Shown here piece by piece: positions 10,487 to 19,639 of a stretch of DNA of 64,000 bases. Origin of the DNA: Polyangiales bacterium (GTDB taxonomy: Bacteria; Myxococcota_A; Polyangia; Polyangiales; Polyangiaceae). The stretch covers positions 18,880-82,879 of the forward strand of contig JBBQXV010000002.1 of the NCBI GenBank assembly GCA_038209335.1. The letters are read 5' to 3'. Position numbers and translations under genes: made by a program. The notes under the pieces were generated by a model. The model saw only the letters and a program-made list of their open reading frames with translations, made no database searches and was not told the origin of the DNA. Positions within the stretch are counted from its first letter, which is position 1; every line of letters starts with the position of its first letter.

Positions 10487-10519
10487 CCCCCCCCCAGCCC
10501 CCGGCGCTGCTTTTTTTTT
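10487..10519. promoter_or_regulatory. C9 homopolymer, GC hairpin, then T9 homopolymer in the divergent MFS / acyltransferase intergenic region. It could be a terminator or attenuator-like element, or a slippage-prone tract.
   Basis: ccccccccc (10487-10495), then agcccccggcgctgc (CAGCC...GGCgCTG stem), then ttttttttt (10511-10519). A T9 run is exceptional in a roughly 70 % GC sequence. Confidence 0.3.
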
Positions 10520-10558
10520 GTCCGCGTCCGGGCGGGTCGGCTGCGCGTACGCTCGGGC

Positions 10559-11878
10559 ATGGCGTTCGTACGCAGCGCGCTCCTCCGTGCCTTCCGCGGT
10601 ATCAGCCGGATCTATTTTCGTGAGACCGAGGTCGTCGGCGCGGTGCCGAGCGCCGATACGCACGGACGGATCTTCGCGGCGAACCACGTCAACGGGCTCG
10701 TCGATCCGATCCTCGTCCTGACGAACGCGCCATGCGCAGCGTCGCCCATCGCGAAGAGCACGCTGTGGAAGGTGCCGGTGTTGAAGTGGCTGCTCGACGC
10801 GGTCGACGCGGTCCCCGTCGTGCGGCGCCGCGACGATCCGAACAAGGCGGCCGAGTCGAACGACGAGATCTTCGATCGCGTCGCGTCGCACCTCTCCGGC
10901 GGCGGCAACATCCTGATTTTTCCCGAAGGCACGAGCCACAACGAGCCGCACCTCGTGAAGCTGAAGAGCGGCGCCGCGCGCATGCTCGCGCGCGCGCACA
11001 CCGGCGGAGCGCGCGGGCTCACGTTCCAAGCGGTGGGGCTCGAGTTCGAAGCGCGCGACACGTTTCGATCGCGCGCGCTCGTCGTCTACGGGCCGGTGCG
11101 CGCGGTCGACGAGCTCGGCGCGTCCGGCGACGATCTCGCAAAGGCGATCACCGACATGCTCCGCGTCGATCTCTCCGAGCTCATCGTCGAAGGCGCCGAC
11201 TGGGAAGAGCGTGAGCTCATCGCGCGCGTCGCGTCGCTCTTCGCGCACGACACCGGCGATCGATCGCTGAAGGCGTGGAACGAGATCGGCCGTCAGGTCG
11301 AGGCCGCGCGCAAGGCGCTCGGACCGCAGCACGCGGCGATGTACGCGGAGATCAAGGCGCGCGTCGCGGCGTACTTCGACGCGCTCGACGCGAGTGAGCT
11401 CTCCGACGCAGAGGTCGCGACGGGAGACGTGGCTTCGATGAAGCGTGGCGCGAAGCGGCGAAAGCTCCTGCTCGCGCTGTCGCTGCCGTTCGCGATCCCA
11501 GGCGCCGTCCTCTATTGGCTGCCGTACCAAATTCCGCGCATCGTCTCGAAGCGCGTGGCGAAGCAGGAACACGACGTCGTCTCCACGTACAAGCTCGGGA
11601 CCGGGCTCGTCGTGTTTCCGCTGTGGGCGGGCGCGCTCGTCGGCGCGTCGTTCGCGCTTCTTCCGCCGCCCGCGTCGTTCGCGGCCGCGACGGTCGCGAT
11701 CGTGTCGCCGTTCGCCGCGCTCTATTGGCTCGATCACCTCGAGCAACGAAAGATCGGCCGGCGCCGCGCCGCGCCTGCGGACATCGCGCGCATCGGCGTG
11801 CTTCGCGCGGAGCTCGTCGCGCTTCTGTCTCGAGCGCGCGAAGAGCTCGCACCGACCGCCAGCGCTACGCCCAACTGA
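10559..11878 (+). CDS. Lysophospholipid acyltransferase (PlsC-like 1-acyl-sn-glycerol-3-phosphate acyltransferase family) with a C-terminal membrane extension
   Basis: HVNGLVDP is the HX4D motif and FPEGTSHNEP is the FPEGT motif. The ATG at 10559 is in frame with track ORF 10361-11878. Hydrophobic helices follow after residue 340. Confidence 0.8.
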   Translation: MAFVRSALLRAFRGISRIYFRETEVVGAVPSADTHGRIFAANHVNGLVDPILVLTNAPCAASPIAKSTLWKVPVLKWLLDAVDAVPVVRRRDDPNKAAESNDEIFDRVASHLSGGGNILIFPEGTSHNEPHLVKLKSGAARMLARAHTGGARGLTFQAVGLEFEARDTFRSRALVVYGPVRAVDELGASGDDLAKAITDMLRVDLSELIVEGADWEERELIARVASLFAHDTGDRSLKAWNEIGRQVEAARKALGPQHAAMYAEIKARVAAYFDALDASELSDAEVATGDVASMKRGAKRRKLLLALSLPFAIPGAVLYWLPYQIPRIVSKRVAKQEHDVVSTYKLGTGLVVFPLWAGALVGASFALLPPPASFAAATVAIVSPFAALYWLDHLEQRKIGRRRAAPADIARIGVLRAELVALLSRAREELAPTASATPN

Positions 11879-12482
11879 CGCGGTACGCGAGCGTCATCTG
11901 CGTGCAGAGCGGACGAAGCTCGCGCACGTACGCCTTCTCGGAGAACAGTCCGACGAGCCCCGAGATCACGCCGCGGAGCGCGACGCGCGTGTACGGCACG
12001 CGGGCGCATGGCCAGCCGCCGATCTCGGCGCGCGCGTCCTTCGGCCCGACCTTGATGATGGCGACACCGCCGCCGATCCAGATGCGCTGCCACACGCTCG
12101 GTAGCCGCGTGAGGATCGTCCACGGCGTGACGCCCGCGCCTTTCGCGAGGCTCACGGCGACGGACAGCACCGTCCCCAGCGCGTGACGCCCGACCTCGGC
12201 GCCGATCGCGACCTGCTCTTGCTCGGTAAGACCGAGGCGATCGCACGCTTCGTAGTGCGCGACCGCGATCTCCGACGGGAGCCAAACACCGACGACCGTC
12301 GACAGCACGGGCTCGTGATATTCGGCCGGCAGATGCGAGAGGTACGACTCGAGCAGCTTTCGCTCGCGGATGGATCGAAGCGACGAGCTGAGCCACGTGC
12401 TGCGAAACTCGGTCGTCGGCGGGACGTGCGTGCGCGACACGCCGCCCGGAAACGGTACGAGCACCTCCTCTCCCCCCGCCAT
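11865..12482 (-). CDS. Hypothetical protein, possibly a member of a myxobacterial paralogous family
   Basis: A 205-aa ORF of normal composition that is convergent with the acyltransferase and overlaps it by 14 nt. I see no recognisable catalytic motif. Confidence 0.45.
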   Translation of the reverse strand: MAGGEEVLVPFPGGVSRTHVPPTTEFRSTWLSSSLRSIRERKLLESYLSHLPAEYHEPVLSTVVGVWLPSEIAVAHYEACDRLGLTEQEQVAIGAEVGRHALGTVLSVAVSLAKGAGVTPWTILTRLPSVWQRIWIGGGVAIIKVGPKDARAEIGGWPCARVPYTRVALRGVISGLVGLFSEKAYVRELRPLCTQMTLAYRVSWA

Positions 12483-12529
12483 CTCTGGAGCATATCCCTC
12501 TCGTCACGAAACGCGCTAAAGGACCGGCG

Positions 12530-13243
12530 ATGTCCGTTCTCGTTCTCGTTCGCCACGGCAAGGCGTCTGCGTTCTCGCAGGATGGCTACGACCAGCTCTC
12601 CGAGCCCGGCTACGCGCAGGCGCGCGCGCTCGGCGAGCATTGGGCACACGAGCGCGCGACGTTCGACCGCGTCTTCGTCGGACCGCGTAAGCGCCACGTG
12701 CAGACGTACGAGACCGTGTGCGAGATCGTGCGCGCTGCGGGCATCATGTGGCCCGCGCCGACGCACCTGCAAGAGCTCGACGAGCATGACGGGATCAACC
12801 TCGTCTACAAGATGCTTCCGGAGCTCGGTCGCGAGGACGCGCAGCTTCGCGCGATCGTCGAAGCGATGGCGCGCGGCGAGCAGCCGGTCGCCGAGCTGAT
12901 GAGCGCCTTCAAACGATTGACGCGCAGGTGGGCACGCGGCGAGATCGGGCACGCGGAGATCGAGTCGTGGCAAGCGTTCCGCGCGCGCGTCGAGCGCGGG
13001 CTCGCGAAGATGCGCGAAGGCGTCGAAGGCGGCCAGCGTCTCGTCGCGTTCACGTCGGGCGGAACGGTCGCCGCCGCCGTCGGCCTCGCGGTCGAAGCGA
13101 GCGACGAGAAGGTCCTCGACTTGAGCTGGGCGCTCTACAACGGTGCGCTCACCGAGCTCGCGTTCTCGGCGCAGGGGTGGGGCCTCGTCCGCTTCAACGG
13201 CACACCGCACCTGCGCGACGCGAGGCTCGTGACGTCGGTATAG
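12530..13243 (+). CDS. Histidine phosphatase family protein (phosphoglycerate-mutase-like)
   Basis: LVRHGKA carries the RHG catalytic motif near the N-terminus. The length is 237 aa. Confidence 0.8.
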   Translation: MSVLVLVRHGKASAFSQDGYDQLSEPGYAQARALGEHWAHERATFDRVFVGPRKRHVQTYETVCEIVRAAGIMWPAPTHLQELDEHDGINLVYKMLPELGREDAQLRAIVEAMARGEQPVAELMSAFKRLTRRWARGEIGHAEIESWQAFRARVERGLAKMREGVEGGQRLVAFTSGGTVAAAVGLAVEASDEKVLDLSWALYNGALTELAFSAQGWGLVRFNGTPHLRDARLVTSV

Positions 13244-13251
13244 TGTCGCCC

Positions 13252-14460
13252 ATGTTGACCCAGCCCAACGAGCGCGTCGCGACGATCATCACCAAGATTC
13301 GAGAGCTCTTCGAGAAGGACGTCTATCCGCTCGAAGCGGCGTTTCTGGGACGCGGCTTCCGGACGATGCTGCCGGAGCTCGGAGCGCTGCGCGCGCGCGT
13401 GAAAGAGATGGGGCTATGGGCGCCGCATCTTCCGACGGAGATCGGCGGGATGGGGTTGTCACTCAGCGAGTTCGCGCACGTGAGCGAGCAGCTCGGACGA
13501 ACGCCGATCGGTCACTATCTCTTCAACTGCCAGGCGCCCGACGTCGGCAACATGGAAATTCTCGGCTCGCACGGCACGCCCGAGCAAAAGGCGCGCTTCC
13601 TCGCGCCGCTCGCGCGCGGCGACGTGCGAAGTTGTTTTTCGATGACCGAACCGGGGCTCGCCGGATCGAACCCGACGCAGCTCGCGACGCGTGCAGTGAA
13701 GGACGGAAACGACTACGTCGTCACGGGGCACAAGTGGTTCACGTCGTCGGCCGACGGTGCGGCGTTCGCGATCGTGATGGCCGTCACGAATCCCGAAGCC
13801 GACAGCGCGCACATGCGCGCGTCGCAGATCATCGTCCCGACCGATACGCCCGGCTTCAAGCTCGTGCGAAATATTCCGGTGATGGGCGAGGCGGGCGAGG
13901 ACTACGCGAGCCACGCCGAAGTGAAATACGAAGGCTGCCGCGTCCCGCAGTCGAACTTGCTCGGCCACGAAGGCGCCGGCTTCGCGATCGCGCAAGAGCG
14001 TCTCGGTCCGGGTCGCATCCATCACTGCATGCGATGGATCGGGATCTCGGAGCGCGCGATGGACCTGATGTGCAGGCGCGCGGCGTCGCGCGAGCTATCG
14101 CCCGGGAAGCCGCTCGGGCAAAAGCAGATCGTACAAGAGTGGATCGCGGAGAGCCGTGCGGAGATCAATGCCTCGCGCTTGCTGGTGCTGCATGCAGCCG
14201 ACACGATCGATCGCTCGGGCGCGTACGCGGCGCGCGAAGAGGTGTCGCTCATCAAGTTCTTCGTCGCCGGGATGCTGCAGCGCGTGCTCGATCGCGCGAT
14301 TCAGGTGCACGGCGCGCTCGGCATGACGGACGACACACCGCTCGCGTATTGGTACCGGCACGAACGCGCCGCGCGCATCTACGACGGACCGGACGAGGTG
14401 CACAAGAGCGTCGTCGCGAAGCGGATCCTGCGGGAGTACGGGATCCAGGTGAAGGGATGA
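13252..14460 (+). CDS. Acyl-CoA dehydrogenase
   Basis: Contains the MTEPGLAGSNP motif of the acyl-CoA dehydrogenase (ACAD) family and an FAD-binding C-terminal helical domain. The ATG at 13252 is in frame with track ORF 12928-14460. Confidence 0.9.
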   Translation: MLTQPNERVATIITKIRELFEKDVYPLEAAFLGRGFRTMLPELGALRARVKEMGLWAPHLPTEIGGMGLSLSEFAHVSEQLGRTPIGHYLFNCQAPDVGNMEILGSHGTPEQKARFLAPLARGDVRSCFSMTEPGLAGSNPTQLATRAVKDGNDYVVTGHKWFTSSADGAAFAIVMAVTNPEADSAHMRASQIIVPTDTPGFKLVRNIPVMGEAGEDYASHAEVKYEGCRVPQSNLLGHEGAGFAIAQERLGPGRIHHCMRWIGISERAMDLMCRRAASRELSPGKPLGQKQIVQEWIAESRAEINASRLLVLHAADTIDRSGAYAAREEVSLIKFFVAGMLQRVLDRAIQVHGALGMTDDTPLAYWYRHERAARIYDGPDEVHKSVVAKRILREYGIQVKG

Positions 14461-14491
14461 AGCTGACGGCGGGGATCGTTCGGGATCCGCG

Positions 14492-15616
14492 ATGCGTCGA
14501 GCTCGCGGTGGCAAAGTGAGCACGAAAGACTTCTCCGATGCGCCGTCGGCGGTGCGCGAAGGGCAAGCGTTCGACACCACCAAGCTCGATCCGTGGCTGC
14601 GCGAACGCGTCGCCGGCCTCTCCGGCACGCTCGAGGTCCTGCAGTTCGGACGCGGCTTCTCGAACCTGACGTACCTGCTTCGCGTCGGCGGCGAAGGCGG
14701 ACGCGAGCTCGTCTTGAGGCGCGCGCCGCCGGGCGTGAAGATCAAGAGCGCGCACGACATGGGGCGCGAGTTCCGAATCTTGAGCCACCTCGCCGATGCG
14801 TGGACGAAGTCGCCGCGACCGCTCGCGCATTGCGAGGACGAGTCGCTCATCGGCTCGGCGTTCTACGTCATGGAGCGCGTGCGCGGCGTCATCTTGCGTC
14901 AGCGCGTTCCGTCCGGGCTCACGCTCGACGAGGCGACGATGCGCCGCGTGTCCGAGTCGACGATCGACACGCTCGCGGAGATCCACGCGATCGACTACCG
15001 CGCCGTAGGCCTCGGTGATCTCGGAAAGCCCGAAGGCTACGTCGCGCGTCAGCTCACCGGATGGACCGATCGCTACCGGAAGTCGCAGACCGACGACGTG
15101 CCTTCGTTCGAAGAGCTCGGTCGTTGGCTCTTCGCGCACACGCCGCCCGAGTCGCCGATCGCGACGCTCATCCACAACGACTTCAAGTACGACAACGTCG
15201 TGCTCGATCCGGCGCTCGGCGGCGTCGCGTCGGTGCTCGATTGGGAGATGGCGACCATCGGCGACCCGCTCATGGATCTCGGCACGACGCTCGGCTACTG
15301 GATCGATCCGGACGATCCGCCGGTGTTCCAGGTGATGGTCTTCGGGCCAACGAATCTGCCCGGAAATCTGCGTCGCGCGGAGATCGTGCGACGCTACGCG
15401 GAGAAGAGCGGTCGCGACGTCGGCGACGTCCTCTTCTACTACGCGTACGCGCTCTACAAGCTCGCGGTCGTCGCGCAGCAGCTCTATCGGCGATACAAAG
15501 ACGGCCTCACCAAAGAAGAGCGCTACGCGCCGATGCTCGAAGGCGTGCGCGCGGTTACGAGCTCCGCGCTTCACGCCGTCGCCAAAGGGCGCATCGATCG
15601 CCTCGGCGAGCCGTGA
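14492..15616 (+). CDS. Phosphotransferase-family protein (APH/ChoK-like kinase fold) of the kind commonly paired with ACADs, as in the eukaryotic ACAD10/11 proteins
   Basis: HNDFKYDNVVLD is the Brenner catalytic motif and DWEMATIGDPLMDLG is the DxE/DFG-like Mg site. An alternative GTG start lies at 14516. Confidence 0.8.
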   Translation: MRRARGGKVSTKDFSDAPSAVREGQAFDTTKLDPWLRERVAGLSGTLEVLQFGRGFSNLTYLLRVGGEGGRELVLRRAPPGVKIKSAHDMGREFRILSHLADAWTKSPRPLAHCEDESLIGSAFYVMERVRGVILRQRVPSGLTLDEATMRRVSESTIDTLAEIHAIDYRAVGLGDLGKPEGYVARQLTGWTDRYRKSQTDDVPSFEELGRWLFAHTPPESPIATLIHNDFKYDNVVLDPALGGVASVLDWEMATIGDPLMDLGTTLGYWIDPDDPPVFQVMVFGPTNLPGNLRRAEIVRRYAEKSGRDVGDVLFYYAYALYKLAVVAQQLYRRYKDGLTKEERYAPMLEGVRAVTSSALHAVAKGRIDRLGEP

Positions 15617-15909
15617 CCGCGCCGCGTGACCGCCACGCCGAGCTCCGCGTGCTCGCCGCGCGACGCATGCGGATCGCGCTCGTGCTCACGGCGCTGACGA
15701 TGCTCACGTATTTCGGATTCATCTTGCTCGTCGCGTTCGACAAGCCGCTCCTCGGCACCGTCGTGAGCCCCGGCCTCAGCGTCGGCATCCTTCTCGGCGC
15801 GATCGTCATCGTCGTCGCGTGGGTGCTCACGGGCGTTTACGTCTTCTGGGCGAATCGCCATTACGACTCCGCGCTCGATGCGATTCGCGAACCGAGCGAT
15901 GCGCCATGA
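15613..15909 (+). CDS. yjcH: DUF485 small inner-membrane protein (YjcH-like partner of ActP)
   Basis: About 98 aa with two TM helices (LTMLTYFGFILLVAF.., GILLGAIVIVVAWVLTGVYVFWANRHYDS). A GTG start overlaps the upstream stop as GTGA, and the stop overlaps the actP start as ATGA. An alternative ATG lies at 15667. Confidence 0.7.
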   Translation: MTAPRDRHAELRVLAARRMRIALVLTALTMLTYFGFILLVAFDKPLLGTVVSPGLSVGILLGAIVIVVAWVLTGVYVFWANRHYDSALDAIREPSDAP

Positions 15910-17495
15910 CCGCGACGACGACCGACAGCGGGCTCGGAAAACCGAACGTCACGGCGATCATCTTCTTCTTCGTCTTCATCGCTGTCACGATGGGCATCAC
16001 GTTGTGGGCCGCGCGCCGCACGAAGACGACCGCCGAGTTCTTCGCGGCCGGCGGCAACGTGAGCGGCGTGCAGAATGGCTTCGCGCTCGCCGGCGATTTC
16101 ATGAGCGCGGCGAGCTTCCTCGGGATCGCCGGGCTCGTCGCACAGTCCGGCTTCGACGGGCTCATCTATTCCGTCGGATGGCTCGTCGGCTGGCCGGTCA
16201 TGACGTTCCTCGTCGCGGAGCCGCTGCGCAATCTCGGAAAGTACACGTTCGCCGACGTCGTCGCGTTTCGACTCGGTCAGCGTCCGGTGCGCATCGCCGC
16301 GGCGATCGGCGGGCTCACGGTCGTCGCGTTCTATCTCATCGCGCAGATGGTCGGAGCGGGGAACCTCATCAAGCTGATGTTCGGCCTCCCGTACGAAGGC
16401 GCGGTCGTCGCGGTCGGCGTCGTCATGCTCGCGTACGTCCTCTTCGGCGGGATGATCGCGACCACGTGGGTGCAGATCGTCAAAGCAGTGCTCCTCCTCG
16501 GCGGCGCGTCGATCCTCGCGCTCCTCGTGCTCTCGCGCTTCGGCTTCAATCCGCTGCGCCTCTTCGCAGTGGCCGCCGAGCGCTACGGCGTCGGGGTGCT
16601 CGCGCCCGGAAAGCTCGTGACGAGCCCGCTCGAAGCGGTGTCGCTCGGCCTCGCGCTCATGTTCGGGACGAGCGGCCTCCCGCACATCCTGATGCGCTTC
16701 TATACGGTCCCCAACGCGCGCGCCGCGCGCACCTCGGTGTTCGTCGCCACGGGTCTGATCGCGGGCTTCTACTTGATCACGTTCGTCCTCGGTTTCGGCG
16801 CCGCGGTCATCGTCGGACGCGACGCGATCGCCGCGGTCGACAAAGGCGGCAACATGGCGGCGCCGCTCCTCGCGGAGGTCGTCGGCGGAACGCCGTTCTT
16901 CGGATTCATCTCGGCGGTCGCGTTCGCGACGATCCTCGCCGTCGTCGCGGGGCTCACGCTCTCGGGCGCGGCGGCGCTCTCGCACGATCTCTGGGTCAAC
17001 GTCGTGCGTCGCGGCAGCGCGCCGGAGTACGAGCAGATGCGCGTCGCGAAGATCGCCACGGTGATGCTCGGTGCCTTCGCGATTTTGCTCGGTGTCGCGT
17101 TCAAAGGTCAGAACGTCGCGTTCATGGTCGGCCTCGCGTTCGCCGTTGCCGCGAGCGCCAACCTCCCGGCGCTCATCTTGTCGATGTTCTGGCGGCGATG
17201 CACGACGGCCGGCGCGGTCGCGAGCATCGCCGCTGGGACGGGCTCGGCGATCCTCCTCATCTTTCTATCGCCGACGGTGCAGATCGATCTCCTCCACAAG
17301 GACGCGGCCATCTTCCCGATGAAGAACCCCGCGCTGATCTCGATGCCACTGTCGTTCTTGGTCGGCATCGTCGTGTCACTCGTGCGCGCGGAGCCGTCGG
17401 CGGTCGCGGGCTTCGTCGAGTCCGAGCGGCGCATGCACATGGGAGCGCGCGCGGTTACGCCGTCGGCAGCGGCGCCTACTCGCGAAAGTCCGTGA
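15906..17495 (+). CDS. actP: Cation/acetate symporter ActP (sodium:solute symporter family)
   Basis: A 529-aa protein with the SSS family signature and a downstream-of-yjcH arrangement. The ATG at 15906 is in frame with track ORF 15819-17495. Confidence 0.85.
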   Translation: MTATTTDSGLGKPNVTAIIFFFVFIAVTMGITLWAARRTKTTAEFFAAGGNVSGVQNGFALAGDFMSAASFLGIAGLVAQSGFDGLIYSVGWLVGWPVMTFLVAEPLRNLGKYTFADVVAFRLGQRPVRIAAAIGGLTVVAFYLIAQMVGAGNLIKLMFGLPYEGAVVAVGVVMLAYVLFGGMIATTWVQIVKAVLLLGGASILALLVLSRFGFNPLRLFAVAAERYGVGVLAPGKLVTSPLEAVSLGLALMFGTSGLPHILMRFYTVPNARAARTSVFVATGLIAGFYLITFVLGFGAAVIVGRDAIAAVDKGGNMAAPLLAEVVGGTPFFGFISAVAFATILAVVAGLTLSGAAALSHDLWVNVVRRGSAPEYEQMRVAKIATVMLGAFAILLGVAFKGQNVAFMVGLAFAVAASANLPALILSMFWRRCTTAGAVASIAAGTGSAILLIFLSPTVQIDLLHKDAAIFPMKNPALISMPLSFLVGIVVSLVRAEPSAVAGFVESERRMHMGARAVTPSAAAPTRESP

Positions 17496-17569
17496 CGACG
17501 ACCGCGCTCGAAGAGTGACGATGGTGCACATTTCACTCTCTCCGACCGGACCGACTATCATGCGCCTCG

Positions 17570-18964
17570 ATGCGGTGTTTCGCCTTCCGTTCGCTTCCCG
17601 TCCTCGGCGTCGTCGCCGCGATGCTCGGTGTGGCGTGCGGGAAAACGGGGAACGCTGCGTCGAACAGCGAGCCCCATCCGTCGCCGAGCCAAACGCCGAG
17701 CGCAGAGCCCGCTCCGCCGATCACCGCTTCGTCCGCTCCGTCAGGCTTGGCCGCAGCCTGCGCGTCGCTGCACCCCGAGCTCCCCGATCTCCCGACGATG
17801 GGCGACGACGCGCCGGTGCCACCGCTCGAAGAAGGCGAAGCGCTGGCGCCGCTCTATGAGCGCCTCGCACAGCTGTTGCGCGGCAACGCGAAGGAGCACG
17901 TTCGGATCGCTGTGTACGGCGACTCGAACGGCACGATGGACTTCATGACCGGCGAGATGCGCCGCGTGCTCCAGACGAAATATGGCGACGCGGGTCACGG
18001 CTTCGTGGCGACGGGTCGTCCGTGGAATTGGTACCGCCATCGTTACGTGCGTCACGACTCGATGAAGGACACGTGGGAGCCGTTCACGGTCACGACCAAG
18101 CCGACGATGGACGGCTTCTATGGCCACGCGCTCATCGCCGGCGAGAGCTTGCAAGCCGGCGCCGACACGTGGGTGCAGACCGCCGAAGAGGGAGCGCCGA
18201 TCGGAACGCATGCCAGCCGCTTCGACATTCATTACTTGAAGTGGTGGCGCGGCGGCCCGTTCGACGTGAAGGTCGACGGACAGCTTCATTCGACCGTCGA
18301 TACCGAAGCGAAAAAATCCGAAGCCGGCTTCGCGCGCATCGACGTCCCCGACGGGCCGCACAAGCTCGACATCGTCGCCAAGACGTTCAAGAAGGTGCGC
18401 ATCTTCGGCGTCGCGGTCGAGCGCGAGGTCCCGGGGGCGAAGGCGGGCATTCAGGTCGACGGCCTCGGCGTCGGATCGCTCAACTGCCTCACGATGCTCC
18501 GCGACGACGCGGCGACGAACAAGGCGACGCTGCAGCGACGTCACTACGATCTCGTCGTGTTCCACATCGGCTCGAACACGTTCGTCGCCGGCGATCTCGC
18601 GACGTGCATGAAGCAAGTCATCGCGCGGCATCGCGAAGCGCTTCCGGGCGTTCCAGTGCTGATCATGACGCCGCCGGATTTTCTGGAGCAGTTCCGTCCG
18701 CCGAAGACCGCAAGCTGGATGGTCAAGGTGTGCGAATCGATGCGCACGATGGCCAAGGACAACCGCGCCGCGTTCTTCGATTTTCGCGCCGCGATGGGCG
18801 GTGACGGATCGATGGGAAAATTCCAAGACGCCGGGATGACCCAAGGCGACTACGTTCACTTCAACGAGAAGGGGGGCGCGTACATGGGAGATCGCGTCGT
18901 GTACGCGCTATGGAAAGACTTTGCGGCGTGGCTCGAGAAGAATCCACGCGCGGGATGCCAGTAA
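17570..18964 (+). CDS. SGNH/GDSL-type hydrolase lipoprotein
   Basis: Signal peptide plus lipobox (VAAMLGVAC|G), a Pro/Ser-rich linker, then RIAVYGDSNG, which is a GDS(L) block-I motif. Confidence 0.7.
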   Translation: MRCFAFRSLPVLGVVAAMLGVACGKTGNAASNSEPHPSPSQTPSAEPAPPITASSAPSGLAAACASLHPELPDLPTMGDDAPVPPLEEGEALAPLYERLAQLLRGNAKEHVRIAVYGDSNGTMDFMTGEMRRVLQTKYGDAGHGFVATGRPWNWYRHRYVRHDSMKDTWEPFTVTTKPTMDGFYGHALIAGESLQAGADTWVQTAEEGAPIGTHASRFDIHYLKWWRGGPFDVKVDGQLHSTVDTEAKKSEAGFARIDVPDGPHKLDIVAKTFKKVRIFGVAVEREVPGAKAGIQVDGLGVGSLNCLTMLRDDAATNKATLQRRHYDLVVFHIGSNTFVAGDLATCMKQVIARHREALPGVPVLIMTPPDFLEQFRPPKTASWMVKVCESMRTMAKDNRAAFFDFRAAMGGDGSMGKFQDAGMTQGDYVHFNEKGGAYMGDRVVYALWKDFAAWLEKNPRAGCQ

Positions 18965-18969
18965 CGGAG

Positions 18970-19512
18970 ATGCGAGGGACGATGCGGACGAACAACGGAT
19001 GGCGGGCGGTCGCGCTCTTGGCGGTCGTGTCGTGTGGAAACAACACGAAGCCGGCCGAGCCGCCGCACGTCGAAGAAGACGCGACCGCGCCCATCGTCGA
19101 CGCCTCGGTGCCCGAGCCCGAAGCCGCGCCCATCGACTCCGCGCCGCCTCCGCAACGCATGGCGATTTGCTCGGTCGGCGGCGATCCGATCGCAAACAAA
19201 CAGTGCCTCGTCTGGACCGGGTGCGCGGGCGGAATGCTCCTCACGCTCGGCGGCAAACCGATCCGCAAGTGCGCGCCCAAGCCCGGGCAGTGCGAGGACG
19301 TCGAGAGCAAGCTCGTCGCCTCGTCGCAACACCTCACGCCCGGCAAGCGCACCTGCAAGACGAAGTTCTATCTCGGCAAAGAGGTCGTCATCGGCGAGGC
19401 GACCTTCAGCGTGTGCCCCGAGGACGCCGACGACAAAGAGCTCTCGACGATCTGGAAGCAGATCGCGCCGACGTGCCGCGAGCCGTACCGTGGCGAGCCC
19501 GACGCGGGTTAA
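18970..19512 (+). CDS. Cys-containing lipoprotein, hypothetical
   Basis: MRGTMRTNNGWRAVALLAVVSC|GNN is a lipobox. The mature part has 7 Cys. An AACGGAG ribosome-binding site lies upstream. Confidence 0.55.
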   Translation: MRGTMRTNNGWRAVALLAVVSCGNNTKPAEPPHVEEDATAPIVDASVPEPEAAPIDSAPPPQRMAICSVGGDPIANKQCLVWTGCAGGMLLTLGGKPIRKCAPKPGQCEDVESKLVASSQHLTPGKRTCKTKFYLGKEVVIGEATFSVCPEDADDKELSTIWKQIAPTCREPYRGEPDAG

Positions 19513-19639
19513 TCGGGCGAACGCCTCTTCGCTGCGAACGGCGCTGCGCACTGGCGGTCGCGCGTGACGCGTTCATGATTGCCGCCTCGGGGACGCGGTG
19601 CGTATATCTCCGAAGCTCCGCTCTGCCGAGGTGCTCCGC

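Noticed and set aside
6613-10560. Large overlapping ORFs (6613-8385 on the minus strand, 6708-8027 on the plus strand, 7898-9052 on the plus strand, 8899-10560 on the minus strand)
   Set aside because: All are off-frame or antisense to the MBL hydrolase, RNA methyltransferase and MFS genes, and all have R/A/S-rich compositions.
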